From Bacteroidota bacterium (GTDB lineage: Bacteria; Bacteroidota; Ignavibacteria; UBA10030), in NCBI GenBank assembly GCA_050015675.1, contig JBEKAY010000013.1, positions 2,734-66,733 on the forward strand: DNA of 64,000 bases, read 5' to 3'. The notes under the pieces are model-generated. The model saw only the letters and a program-made list of their open reading frames with translations. It made no database searches and had not been told where the DNA came from. Positions 28,546 to 39,967 of the stretch are shown here, piece after piece (position 1 is the stretch's first letter; each line of letters opens with the position of its first letter). A program made the position numbers and the translations under genes.

Positions 28546-29853
28546 TTATGCTTTATGAAAAAAAGGAGAATCCCCGACTACAATATTACGGGTATCGACA
28601 ATTGGAATATTAAATTTGGCAAAATCAATCGATGTGTAATCACTGTGTGCAGTTGAAATGAGAATCAAATCGTAGTTGCCGGAAATAGGAACTGATTTCT
28701 TTCCCGTATAATTTGCATGTTCTCTTGTCGGAGTAACAACAGGGATATAAGGATCGTTATAGTCGAAGAGCGCTCCTCGTTCTCCGAGCTTGTCAAAGAG
28801 ATGGAATGTAGGCGATTCACGCATATCATCTACGTTTGATTTATAGGCAAGGCCAAGGACTAAAATTCTCGATCCTTTCAATGCTTTTCCCTGTTCGTTG
28901 AGAACCTCCATCACCCGATGAACGACAAAATCCGGCATTGCAGTGTTTATCTCTCCAGCCAGTTCAATAAATTTTGGAGTGATACCGAATTCGCGCGCTT
29001 TCCATGTTAAATAAAATGGATCGATTGGAATACAATGTCCACCAAGGCCTGGGCCGGGATAGAATGGCATAAAGCCGAAAGGTTTTGTCTTTGCCGCATT
29101 GATAACCTCCCAAACATCGATCCCCATTTTCATAAATGTAATTTTTAATTCGTTCACGAGAGCAATATTCACCGACCGAAATATATTTTCCATCAGCTTT
29201 GTCGCTTCTGCGACTTGCGTGGAAGAAACCGGCACTGTACGGACAACTATCTGCGAGTAGACTGCATTCGCAACTTCCAGACCATCTTTAGACGTGGCAC
29301 CAACAACCTTGGGAATTGTTTCCGTGGAGTATTCAGGATTATTTGGATCTTCACGCTCGGGAGAAAACGCGGCGTAAAAATCTTTATCAACTTTCAGCCC
29401 GCTTTTTTCAAGGATAGGAACGACCACTTCTACTGTGGTGCCGGGATACGTCGTGGATTCAAGCACAATAAGTTGTCCTTTTTTCAAGTAAGGATAAATC
29501 GCCTCACAAGTACTCACGATGTATTCCATCTCCGGTTCGCGGTTTTTGTTGAGCGGCGTTGGTACCGCGATAAGAATTGCATCGCATTCTTTCAGTCTTG
29601 AAAAATTCGAGGTGACAGAAAACAATTTTGATTTTGCTGCACGAGAGATTCGCTCGGAGGAAATATGTTTGATGTACGATTTGCCCTGGTTCAAGAATTC
29701 AATTTTACTTTTGTCTATATCAAATCCTATGGATCTGAATCCTTTTTCAACAAAACAAAGATTGAGAGGCAAGCCAACATATCCGAGGCCAATAACACCA
29801 ATAATTAATTCTTTTTTATCGATTTTCTGGATAAGAGAGTCTTTCATGTGCAT
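28546..29853 (-). CDS. nucleotide-sugar dehydrogenase (UDP-N-acetyl-D-glucosamine/mannosamine 6-dehydrogenase, WbpA-like)
   Basis: 435 aa; N-terminal GxGxxG (IGVIGLGYVGLP); UDP-glucose/GDP-mannose dehydrogenase family architecture. Confidence 0.9.
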   Translation of the reverse strand: MHMKDSLIQKIDKKELIIGVIGLGYVGLPLNLCFVEKGFRSIGFDIDKSKIEFLNQGKSYIKHISSERISRAAKSKLFSVTSNFSRLKECDAILIAVPTPLNKNREPEMEYIVSTCEAIYPYLKKGQLIVLESTTYPGTTVEVVVPILEKSGLKVDKDFYAAFSPEREDPNNPEYSTETIPKVVGATSKDGLEVANAVYSQIVVRTVPVSSTQVAEATKLMENIFRSVNIALVNELKITFMKMGIDVWEVINAAKTKPFGFMPFYPGPGLGGHCIPIDPFYLTWKAREFGITPKFIELAGEINTAMPDFVVHRVMEVLNEQGKALKGSRILVLGLAYKSNVDDMRESPTFHLFDKLGERGALFDYNDPYIPVVTPTREHANYTGKKSVPISGNYDLILISTAHSDYTSIDFAKFNIPIVDTRNIVVGDSPFFHKA

Positions 29854-29868
29854 TCCTTAATAATATGT

Positions 29869-30651
29869 TATAAAACTAATGACAAAAATCTACCAGTACG
29901 CGGAGATGCGCTTGAGCTGCATTTCCATCGCCGAAAAGCGTCGCATCCCAGGGAGGATGAGTATCAATTGCAGATACAGATGGGCTTGTTGAATTCATAA
30001 GTTGGTCCCATCCACTCTCGACAGTCTCCGACCATTCAGTTCCATTACGTAAAGTAATACATGGAACTTTGAAAAGATAGGCTTCCTTCTGAATACCGCC
30101 GGAGCCTGTATAAATCCGCGTTGCGTTTTTTCTAGCATCATCATATCAAAATATCGCGCCGGTGGAATCATCCGAATATTCTTTGGAATGGAAATATGAT
30201 TCTTTTCAATAAAATGTTCTGTTCTCGGATGAGCCGGAAATATAAGCGGTAGGCTATCTTCATTCTTTTCAATGAATTCGCATAAACGCTGGAAAGACGA
30301 AACACTATTTGTGTTTTTAGCCCGGTGAATCGTCAGTAATCCATACTTCCACATTGGCCCCGTGTTCACCAAGTTGATCAGCAATGGATTGTTCTTGCGA
30401 TGAAGAAATAGAGGTAATTCGATCTGTTCCCAAAGATGCCCTGTTAATATTCCAAAACATTCGACACATAATTCTTCTGCAATAGATTGGTGTATAATTC
30501 CTTTTGGCGCAACAAAGGTTAACGATGGCCGAATCTTTTTCAACTGCCGCGAGATCTCTATCGCATACCGTTCGAGTCCTGTGATGCGACGAGTGAGGAA
30601 ACGTACATTAACGACTATTTGTTCATGTTGTTTTTGAACGATTTCGTTCAT
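29869..30651 (-). pseudogene. GT-B fold ORF, GT4-like N-terminus and UDP-GlcNAc 2-epimerase-like C-terminus, frameshifted near 29995
   Basis: N-terminal VNVRFLTRRITGLERY...GHLWEQIELP is GT4-like; PLIFPAHPRT...[18 protein letters not shown] resembles the epimerase family; a downstream frame continues ...[16 protein letters not shown] (epimerase C-terminus-like) after the stop. Confidence 0.4.
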
Positions 30652-31769
30652 GACACGAGAATCTCTTCATAGAGTTCAAGGTATAACTGCACAGCCTTTT
30701 CCCATCTGAACATCTTTAATGGTGAATGCATCACTTCTCCTATGTACGCTTTTACGCATCCCTCAACAAGAGCATGAGCCAATCCTGCATCTACAAAGAC
30801 ATGCTCGCCTGAAATCACTTCTGGCAACGATCCCGCATTTGTTGTAACCACAATCTTGTTTGCATTGCATGCTTCCCGCACACAGAAACCGAATCCTTCA
30901 GAAAGCGACGGAATGACAACACAATCTGCTGCGGACACATAGGCTGCGAGCATCTCACGTGAGAGAGGTGGAATGAGTTTGCACACATTTTTGGGGAATG
31001 AGGAGACACACTTCTGCACGCGAGTCCAGATTCGATTGTAATAACTAGAAAAGATAAGGACAAACCGTGCTTTTGGTATTTGTCTTAAAATTTCCGGGAT
31101 TACCTCAGTAAAATATTCAAAACCTTTGGTGACTCCTGCGCGGCCAAATGAGAGGAAGACGAAATCTTCTTTATCGAAACATAATTGTTGCCGGACTTCT
31201 TCAATTGATAGAGCTAGATTCTCAAGTTTCGAATCACCGTGATAAATAACTCGGATTTTTTTTTCAGATACACCTATGGACTGCAGCAACTTCTTCGTGT
31301 ATTCAGAAACTGCTATAAACTGATCAAAAGGAAGACCAACGATTATTCGCTCAGTCAAATAATAGAACAACGAGCGAATCAGATTCGGCTCAAACAGAAA
31401 CCAGCAGCGACCAAGGATTTCGTGAACGATCAATGCTTTCTTCTTGCCCATAAGAAACGCTCCGATAATTGCCGGTGGACCGCCTGCAAATGTGCTGCCC
31501 TGAACGACATCAGCCCATTGGGCGGCTCGGATGACACTGGGAAGAGAGAAAAGCATGAACCAGAATCTTTTGAAGACGGGAAGATTGTAGACTCGAATGA
31601 CCGTTAACGTACCGCGTTTTTCAACGCTGGGAGCATGCCTCTGCCAGCTGGACGAGATAACCTGCACCTTATGAGCATTCGCGATGAATCCCTCTACAAG
31701 GTTCTGAAGTGCAAATTCAACGCCGCCAAGTGCCGGTGGATAGGATTCCGCTACAAGGCAGATACGCAT
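30648..31769 (-). CDS. glycosyltransferase family 4
   Basis: 373 aa; E-x7-E motif (EGFGFCVREACNANK); ATGA-type overlap with the downstream ORF. Confidence 0.85.
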   Translation of the reverse strand: MRICLVAESYPPALGGVEFALQNLVEGFIANAHKVQVISSSWQRHAPSVEKRGTLTVIRVYNLPVFKRFWFMLFSLPSVIRAAQWADVVQGSTFAGGPPAIIGAFLMGKKKALIVHEILGRCWFLFEPNLIRSLFYYLTERIIVGLPFDQFIAVSEYTKKLLQSIGVSEKKIRVIYHGDSKLENLALSIEEVRQQLCFDKEDFVFLSFGRAGVTKGFEYFTEVIPEILRQIPKARFVLIFSSYYNRIWTRVQKCVSSFPKNVCKLIPPLSREMLAAYVSAADCVVIPSLSEGFGFCVREACNANKIVVTTNAGSLPEVISGEHVFVDAGLAHALVEGCVKAYIGEVMHSPLKMFRWEKAVQLYLELYEEILVS

Positions 31770-32111
31770 TGGATCTCGAAGAGAATGACGAGAAGGTTTA
31801 TCATAAATGTGTGATGACTTTAAGTAATGAGCACTGAAAGACTCATGATTGAACAGAAATCTGAGCTAACCCAAACAGATTTGAAAAGATGTAGGAACTG
31901 ATTGGATTACATTGTAGAGTCACTTATTAGTTTTTACTAACTCTTTACATCAAAATCAAGTTATCGATGTATCCGAAAATAGCCCACTACCCAAAGGAAA
32001 GAACAGTTGAACCTCTAAATAATAATATCTACATTTAACATCAATGTTCTGATTTTCGTTTTTGACGAGCTAGTGTAGAAGAAAAAATGTAGATTTTGAT
32101 TTAGATTCCAT

Positions 32112-32195
32112 GCCCGGATGGCGAAATTGGCAGACGCGCTAGCTTCAGGAGCTAGTGATCGCAAGGTCATGGGGGTTCAAGTCCCCCTTCGGGCA
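32112..32195 (+). tRNA. tRNA-Leu (anticodon CAG)
   Basis: Cloverleaf readable by eye: acceptor GCCCGGA/TTCGGGC, long variable arm, T-arm GGGGG-TTCAAGT-CCCCC, anticodon loop TTCAGGA; no encoded CCA. Confidence 0.85.
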
Positions 32196-32232
32196 CACAA
32201 AGACTCGTATTGCGAGGTTTTTCTTTTCATCC
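32196..32232. repeat. 37-bp element abutting the tRNA-Leu 3' end; direct-repeat partner at 39913-39949
   Basis: cacaaagactcgtattgcgaggtttttcttttcatcc versus cacaaaagactcgctttgcgatgtctttctttttatc (about 31/37 identical); each is a short hairpin plus T-rich tail. Confidence 0.5.
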
Positions 32233-32330
32233 TATAATTTTGTCCCTTTCGATACACTTATCATAAAATTTTTTGGAAACCCGATTGAACATTCAGTTGG
32301 GCTTTTGCTCTTTTCTTCCTATCATTCATC

Positions 32331-33035
32331 GTGAAGAGTCAAATGACGATAAAACAAAACGAAGAATCACACGAACAATTCCGCGATCTTTCTGCCTATC
32401 TTCAATCCGCGCGTGAAGAAGAACGGAAAAGCATTGCTCGTGAGATCCATGATGAACTGGGTCAAGCGCTGACAACCATAAAACTTGAGTTGTCACTTTT
32501 GCAAGAAGAAGTTCTGCACGATGCATCAGCAGCTACTGACCGTATTCATTCTATGAAAGAACGGGTCGATGAGACTATTCATACAGTGAAAGGCATTATC
32601 ACAAAACTACGCCCTGGGTTATTAGACGACCTCGGCCTCACCGCCGCCATCGAATGGCAGGCAAACGATTTTCAGCGACATACAGGAATTGTTTGTGAAA
32701 TATCGATGGAACCAGAAGAGATGAATATCAATCAGGAAATTTCTACAGCTATGTTCCGTATTTTTCAAGAAACATTAACGAACATTACGCGCCACTCCGG
32801 TGCTACACGTGTTATAGTTCATCTTTACCAGAAAGACAATGCGCTCGAATTGCAGGTTCACGACAATGGACGCGGGATCACATCCCAAGAAATCAACGAC
32901 CCAAAGTCATTCGGTTTGATCGGCATTCGCGAACGTGCTCAGTACTGGCACGGCATTGTGAATATCGAAGGTAAGGCAGGGCTAGGAACTATCGTCACTG
33001 TTCGATTCCCGCGAACGTCGGAGAAGCAGAAGTGA
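32331..33035 (+). CDS. sensor histidine kinase, cytoplasmic (HisKA_3 + HATPase_c; NarX/DesK type)
   Basis: H-box EERKSIAREIHDELGQ; ATPase N-box and G-boxes (HDNGRGI, GLIGIRER); no TM or sensor domain. Confidence 0.85.
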   Translation: MKSQMTIKQNEESHEQFRDLSAYLQSAREEERKSIAREIHDELGQALTTIKLELSLLQEEVLHDASAATDRIHSMKERVDETIHTVKGIITKLRPGLLDDLGLTAAIEWQANDFQRHTGIVCEISMEPEEMNINQEISTAMFRIFQETLTNITRHSGATRVIVHLYQKDNALELQVHDNGRGITSQEINDPKSFGLIGIRERAQYWHGIVNIEGKAGLGTIVTVRFPRTSEKQK

Positions 33036-33706
33036 TCCGCATCCTGATTGTTGACGATCATGCGATGTTTCGCGAAGGATTGAAACAAATTCTTGCAAAA
33101 CATTCCGATATATGTGTTGTGGACGAAGCCGGTAGTGGCCAAGAGGTGATAGCAAAAGTTCTCCAGCATAAGCTTGATGTAGTTCTCCTCGATATTTCGC
33201 TTCCGGGGAGAAGCGGCCCCGAACTACTCGGTGAAATTAAAAAATTGAAACCGGAACTTGCTGTATTAGTTTTAAGCATGCATCCAGAAGATCAGTATGC
33301 CGTGCGTATGATGAAGGCAGGTGCACTGGGATATATGACAAAAGAAAGCGCTCCTGAAGAATTAATTTCAGCCATCCGCAAAGTCTCTAAGGGAAGGCAT
33401 TATATAAGTTCAAAATTAGCAGAGGAAATGGCGGTTGCACTCGAAACGAACACACCGAAACTCCCTCATTCAACACTTTCCAATCGCGAGTTTCATGTCA
33501 TGCGAATGCTCGCCTCAGGCAAATCGCTCAAAGATATTGCTAGCGAATTATTGATCAGCGAAAAGACAGTTACAACGTATCGAGCTCGTATTCTTGAAAA
33601 AATGAGATTACACAATAACGTCGAACTGACGCTGTACGCCATAGAGAATAAATTGCTGCCCTGGTACTTTTCTTTGCGAGATGAGGACCATTCTACCCGG
33701 GAATAG
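33032..33706 (+). CDS. NarL/FixJ-family response regulator (REC + LuxR-type HTH)
   Basis: REC with DD...D...K pattern (ILIVDDH, LLDISLPG); LuxR HTH LSNREFHVMRMLASGKSLKDIASELLISEKTVTTYR; GTGA overlap with the kinase. Confidence 0.9.
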   Translation: MIRILIVDDHAMFREGLKQILAKHSDICVVDEAGSGQEVIAKVLQHKLDVVLLDISLPGRSGPELLGEIKKLKPELAVLVLSMHPEDQYAVRMMKAGALGYMTKESAPEELISAIRKVSKGRHYISSKLAEEMAVALETNTPKLPHSTLSNREFHVMRMLASGKSLKDIASELLISEKTVTTYRARILEKMRLHNNVELTLYAIENKLLPWYFSLRDEDHSTRE

Positions 33707-33799
33707 TTTTTTCTAAAATCGGTATTTGGCACGTTTTTATCAGATGACATTATCATCAAAACAAGATTGACATACAAATGCCATCTTGTTATGAACGTT

Positions 33800-35047
33800 T
33801 TATACCCAACCGCGCAATTTACAAGCTTCCGCAACACGCGCTACGCCGACAACCATAGCCGCTAATCTTGGATGGACTTTCTTCTCTCGAATAGCTTCCT
33901 GAACTGTGTGATACGCTTTTCGCATCTTCTCGTCAAGCCGTTCATGTACAGTTGTTTCATCCCAGAAGAAAGAACTTTTATCTTGCACCATTTCAAAGTA
34001 GGATACGGTTACGCCGCCTGCACTGGCAAGAATATCAGGAATGACGTGAATGCCGCGTTTATGGAGAAAAAGATCAGCTTCTGGAGTCGTGGGACCGTTT
34101 GCAAGCTCGCACACAATCTTCGCTTTAACACGTTCCATATTGTCTTCATTGATGGAATTTTCAAGCGCCGCCGGATAGAGAATATCCACTTCGAGTTCGA
34201 GAACTAAATCCCGTGGAATGCTTCGAGTCCCTGGAAATCCGACAACAGATCCTGTTTTAAGTTTGTGTGTAACAAGTTCTTTCGGATTCATTCCATCCGG
34301 ATTCAAGATGCCGCCGCGTGAATCACAAACAGCAATCAATTTTCCCCCGCCCAAAAGTTCAGGATGCAGCAATGCTGTTCGTTGACCGGCATTTCCAAAA
34401 CCTTGAATCGCAAACGTCCCGGTCGCATCAACACCAAGAACCTTACAAGCTTCACGGACAGCAATAACACCTCCACGGGCGGTCGCATCACGACGGCCTT
34501 CTGTACCACCGATCTGTTGCGGCTTGTCTGTAAAAACACCGGGGTGATGAAATTGCATAAGAGTCTCATACTCATCCATCATCCAAGCCATTGTTTGCGG
34601 ATTTGTATAGACATCAGGAGCAGGTACGTCTTTATCTATACCAATGTATTGAACAACAGCACGAACGTATGCGCGAGATAAATTCTCTAACTCTCGCTCA
34701 GACATTTTACGCGGATTGCAGACCACTCCGCCTTTTGCACCACCGAGCGGGAGATCCAACACTGATGTTTTCCATGTCATCCATCCTGAAAGTGCCCGAA
34801 TCGAATCGCCTGTTTCATCCGGATGGAAACGGATACCGCCTTTCGCAGGCCCACGTGCAGAATTATATTGGATTCGATACCCATGGAATATATTGACTTC
34901 TCCATTATCCATACGGACCGGTATGGTAAATTTATATTCCCGCTGAGGCCACATAAGCAATTCAGTGGTCGCATGATCCAGATTGAGGATTTTAGCGGCT
35001 TCTGCCACCTGCTGTTGAAGTACATCGAATGAATTATACGAACCCAT
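33800..35047 (-). CDS. gdh: glutamate dehydrogenase (Glu/Leu/Phe/Val dehydrogenase family, about 415-aa type)
   Basis: Catalytic lysine region GPAKGGIRFHP and LPLGGAKGGV; Rossmann GFGNAG. Confidence 0.9.
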   Translation of the reverse strand: MGSYNSFDVLQQQVAEAAKILNLDHATTELLMWPQREYKFTIPVRMDNGEVNIFHGYRIQYNSARGPAKGGIRFHPDETGDSIRALSGWMTWKTSVLDLPLGGAKGGVVCNPRKMSERELENLSRAYVRAVVQYIGIDKDVPAPDVYTNPQTMAWMMDEYETLMQFHHPGVFTDKPQQIGGTEGRRDATARGGVIAVREACKVLGVDATGTFAIQGFGNAGQRTALLHPELLGGGKLIAVCDSRGGILNPDGMNPKELVTHKLKTGSVVGFPGTRSIPRDLVLELEVDILYPAALENSINEDNMERVKAKIVCELANGPTTPEADLFLHKRGIHVIPDILASAGGVTVSYFEMVQDKSSFFWDETTVHERLDEKMRKAYHTVQEAIREKKVHPRLAAMVVGVARVAEACKLRGWV

Positions 35048-35050
35048 TGT

Positions 35051-35242
35051 CTACTCCTTCTCTCGCTCTAAAGAATGATCGTCCATTTTATCCAACCCAT
35101 CCCGTCGATCCAGAATAATTCTGTACCAGCAGTTCTTACACATCAACGAGCGATCTACGCTCAACAGCACTTGCTGCCATGGACTTAGTTTTTCTCCGCA
35201 GTGAGGACATGCGTCATAAATTTTTATGCCAGCATTTTCCAC
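35051..35242 (-). CDS. zinc-ribbon small protein (63 aa)
   Basis: CPHC...CKNC four-cysteine pattern; wedged between the REC-PPDK_N gene and gdh with 1-3 nt spacing. Confidence 0.45.
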   Translation of the reverse strand: MENAGIKIYDACPHCGEKLSPWQQVLLSVDRSLMCKNCWYRIILDRRDGLDKMDDHSLEREKE

Positions 35243-35243
35243 G

Positions 35244-38200
35244 TCATCCCTCCGGCTTCAGGATCACCCCTTTGTTTTGGTGTCCGTTGATTTTAACGAT
35301 AAGGCATTTATCAAATCTAAATAACTTTGTATATCGTTTTTTCTCTAATGGCGGTTGGCTCAGCAGCCATCCCCAGTCTAAGAATCCTTGCTTCTGAAAT
35401 TCGCTGACAGTAAAATAACCGATCATAAACGAAGTAATGTTTTGGAAAAAATGAGAGCCCTGTGATGGCGTTACCGACATATCCTTAAAACCGGTTTCTA
35501 TAATCGCCCTTGCACCCGAAATTTGTTCCCACGTTACAGGAATGCCCAGCCATGGATCAAGTGAACCCCAGCGGCCAATACCGATTAAAAGATACGGCTT
35601 ATTCTCTCGTAAAAGCTGCGCATTGAACGAAGCAATTTCTGCTGCGACTTGCTGGCTTGCAGCCCGATCAAACAATTGGTAATCGACAGCGACAATATCA
35701 AAAATGCCATCAATCAATCCGTGCCCAAGCACTTGATTACTCTGGCACAGGATCTTTGAGTGATCAATTTCTTCAACCACTAATTCTTCTGACTCGCGGT
35801 TCACCACTAATGGACGCATTTGCAATAGAGCAAATTCCGTCCCCGACGGGTACGGCACATCAAAATTGACTGCAAATTCCATTTCAACCGGCGTTCCCAT
35901 TCCCCAAACGCCCATATCAAGCAGGAGCTCTATGATCTCCGCTATCGGTACAAATTTATTGTGGAGAATTGGTGCAAACGTTACAACGCGTGTACCTTTT
36001 CGTCCTAAACCGTTAGAGATCGCATCATTTTCCGGGAGATATGTGGAGCCAACATATTTAAGCACGTCATCGCGCTCTGCGACTTCCAACCCTTGCTGTT
36101 GAACCAGTACGTCATACGTTTCCTCACCGAAATCCGGATCGGCATCGAGAGTTAAGGAAAAAAATGACCATTGAGAACTATTGAGCGTTTCCTTTACAGA
36201 ATAAAATTGTACGATGTCGTTTGGATATTTTGGACAGAACCGAACGGTATTGCCACCATCCACAACCCATTTGCCCAATCCCAATGCAACTGCCGCTGTC
36301 CCATCGGATGATTTTTGCGGCTTCAATGGATAAAAATTATATGATTTGGCAACACCGGAAATGTCGGGGTAATATCTATTCTCATGCACTTTGCCAACGA
36401 GGTTCTGAACAATGACCGCCATTTTTTCTTCTTCATAGCGGTAGGAAGTTATGCGGATATAATCCTTTGCGCTTTGATAGAATGTGGAAGCATAGACGCG
36501 TTTGATGCTCTTCAAGAGATCATTCAATCGAACGTGGATGTCCGCATGCGCATTGGGGATCATGTAGGTTTCGTACACGCCTGCAAAAGGATGATACTGG
36601 GAATCCTCTAACATACTGGATGAACGAACCGCCAACGGCGTACGCGCCAATTCAAGGAATGATAAGAGATCTGCAATGACTTCCGACGGAAATTTATCTG
36701 CAAGAAGAAACCGCTTTGTAATTTCCCTATCATCCTTGCATTCCATTGCGAATTTCAGCAGATCATTCTCTTTCAGAAATTGGTCGAAGACATCCGTACC
36801 AAGAACAACTGCCGAAGGAACATAAATTTTCACATGCTCGAACCGGGTCCGAACATTATAATCATTAAGAAGCATGTCAACAAAACCGAGTCCGCGGGCT
36901 TTGCCGCCCAGCGAGCCGCCGCCAATACGCGCAAAAGTTGTTTCCGAGCCAAATGTATCTTTTGAAAAGTTCGCGACAATACCGCGCTGACATAAATTGC
37001 GATAATGGTGGAGAGAGATGATTAAATCTTTTCGTAATGCTTCTACGTTCGGAAAATCGGAGACCTTTCGTGGAAGAAGTTTGCCGGCTAACCAAAATTC
37101 TGTCCGTGCCCTCAGCCAACTGGAAAAGTGATTGCGATCTGCGTGGTAACGGATGCTCTCCCCCGGAACAACCCGGAGCATGTCTTCCAGACTTTTCATA
37201 TCGTTTGCACGGCCGACTTCTGTTCCATCCGGCAAACGGAAAACGAAATCACCGAAACTGAAGTTGTAAATCATAAACTGCTGGAGATCATGCATCAGCG
37301 AGGGTGAATCCTTCAACGTGAAAGAAGCGCCCATATTTTCTGCTGACACTTTATTCTCTCGAACGTTTGAAAAAAGAAGAATAGGCACATCTGGTTTTTC
37401 ACTTCGCACTGCCTGCACAAAATCAATTCCTGCATGCGGGTCTTGTTTCCCGTTGCGCGGAAAATCAATATCCGAAATAATTCCAAGAAGAAATCTTTTA
37501 TACCGAGTGTAATATGTCCACGCTTCTTCATACGTACTGCATAAAAGAATTTTCGGACTCGCGCGCATGCGCAGGAATTTGTGGCCAAGGTCTATTCCTT
37601 CGGAAATCAACCGCTGGGATTGCTTGAGGATTTCAGTGTAAATGATTGGAAGAAACGAAGAATAGTAATTGACGTTGTCTTCGATAACAATAATCGATTG
37701 CACGCCGACCGCCTGTGTATCATGCTCAACATTGAGGCGGTCTTCCAGAAACTTGATAATCGCGATGATGATACGAAAATCGCCCTGCCAAATAAATATT
37801 TTGTCGAACACTGACGTATCGTGCGTAAGCAAAAAATGTTTTAGCTCACGCGTATCATGCATAAGCAAAACGACAGGGATGTTAAGGTCGGATTGTTTTA
37901 CTAATCGCGCGAAATCGATTGCTTGCATATCATCGATGTGCAATGTGGTAATGATAAGATCGAAGTGGCGTTCTTCTTTTGCAAGCACCATCGCTTCTTT
38001 GCCGCTTGAAACACACGTAAGCTCAGGCGATTGGCTGAGATTGAGTCCTTCGTATTCGCCACGGCTTAATTCGTACAGCCGGCCATCTTCTTCGAAAAGA
38101 TACAGATCATAGAGACTGGAAACAAGCAGGACATTGCTTATGCGAATGCGCATTGGGTTCTGGACGCCGTAAAAAAGATTTCCAAACCCATGCTCAACCG

Positions 38201-38246
38201 AATTAGAATCTAACGGACTAACGGCTTGATCAACTTTTTCTTCCAT
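35244..38246 (-). CDS. multidomain protein: receiver-like domains fused to a PEP/pyruvate-binding (PPDK_N, ATP-grasp) domain
   Basis: 1000 aa; N-terminal CheY-like segments; central/C-terminal PPDK_N-type signature IGGGSLGGKARGLGF and ...LLQMRPL...; no phospho-His swivel or TIM-barrel PEP-utilizer domain is evident. Confidence 0.6.
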   Translation of the reverse strand: MEEKVDQAVSPLDSNSVEHGFGNLFYGVQNPMRIRISNVLLVSSLYDLYLFEEDGRLYELSRGEYEGLNLSQSPELTCVSSGKEAMVLAKEERHFDLIITTLHIDDMQAIDFARLVKQSDLNIPVVLLMHDTRELKHFLLTHDTSVFDKIFIWQGDFRIIIAIIKFLEDRLNVEHDTQAVGVQSIIVIEDNVNYYSSFLPIIYTEILKQSQRLISEGIDLGHKFLRMRASPKILLCSTYEEAWTYYTRYKRFLLGIISDIDFPRNGKQDPHAGIDFVQAVRSEKPDVPILLFSNVRENKVSAENMGASFTLKDSPSLMHDLQQFMIYNFSFGDFVFRLPDGTEVGRANDMKSLEDMLRVVPGESIRYHADRNHFSSWLRARTEFWLAGKLLPRKVSDFPNVEALRKDLIISLHHYRNLCQRGIVANFSKDTFGSETTFARIGGGSLGGKARGLGFVDMLLNDYNVRTRFEHVKIYVPSAVVLGTDVFDQFLKENDLLKFAMECKDDREITKRFLLADKFPSEVIADLLSFLELARTPLAVRSSSMLEDSQYHPFAGVYETYMIPNAHADIHVRLNDLLKSIKRVYASTFYQSAKDYIRITSYRYEEEKMAVIVQNLVGKVHENRYYPDISGVAKSYNFYPLKPQKSSDGTAAVALGLGKWVVDGGNTVRFCPKYPNDIVQFYSVKETLNSSQWSFFSLTLDADPDFGEETYDVLVQQQGLEVAERDDVLKYVGSTYLPENDAISNGLGRKGTRVVTFAPILHNKFVPIAEIIELLLDMGVWGMGTPVEMEFAVNFDVPYPSGTEFALLQMRPLVVNRESEELVVEEIDHSKILCQSNQVLGHGLIDGIFDIVAVDYQLFDRAASQQVAAEIASFNAQLLRENKPYLLIGIGRWGSLDPWLGIPVTWEQISGARAIIETGFKDMSVTPSQGSHFFQNITSFMIGYFTVSEFQKQGFLDWGWLLSQPPLEKKRYTKLFRFDKCLIVKINGHQNKGVILKPEG

Positions 38247-38355
38247 AAGTCCATACCAGCTTCAATAAATGGCCGCCGCCTTCCGATCAAAACCCTGACA
38301 AGGTTCAGAATCTGGCGGCAGTCATTGTAATTTTAGTACAGATCAGTCCAGCGGG

Positions 38356-39753
<1,398 letters not shown>

Positions 39754-39912
39754 TTAGTGAATGATGCAAAATGATTATTGCCATCTTAAGATGAATTGGG
39801 AGAAAAATGTAGTGGGGAAACACTGAAATCGTTGTAGGGAATACCCTACAACACTATGCCATCAGTTTATAGCTGAGTATAATCAAAAAATGACTTGTCT
39901 AGTTTCCTGCGC

Positions 39913-39949
39913 ACAAAAGACTCGCTTTGCGATGTCTTTCTTTTTATCT
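39913..39949. repeat. second copy of the 37-bp tRNA-flank element
   Basis: See 32196-32232; located 19 nt upstream of the 2-hydroxyacid dehydrogenase gene. Confidence 0.5.
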
Positions 39950-39967
39950 TAATCCCAATCGAAAACT

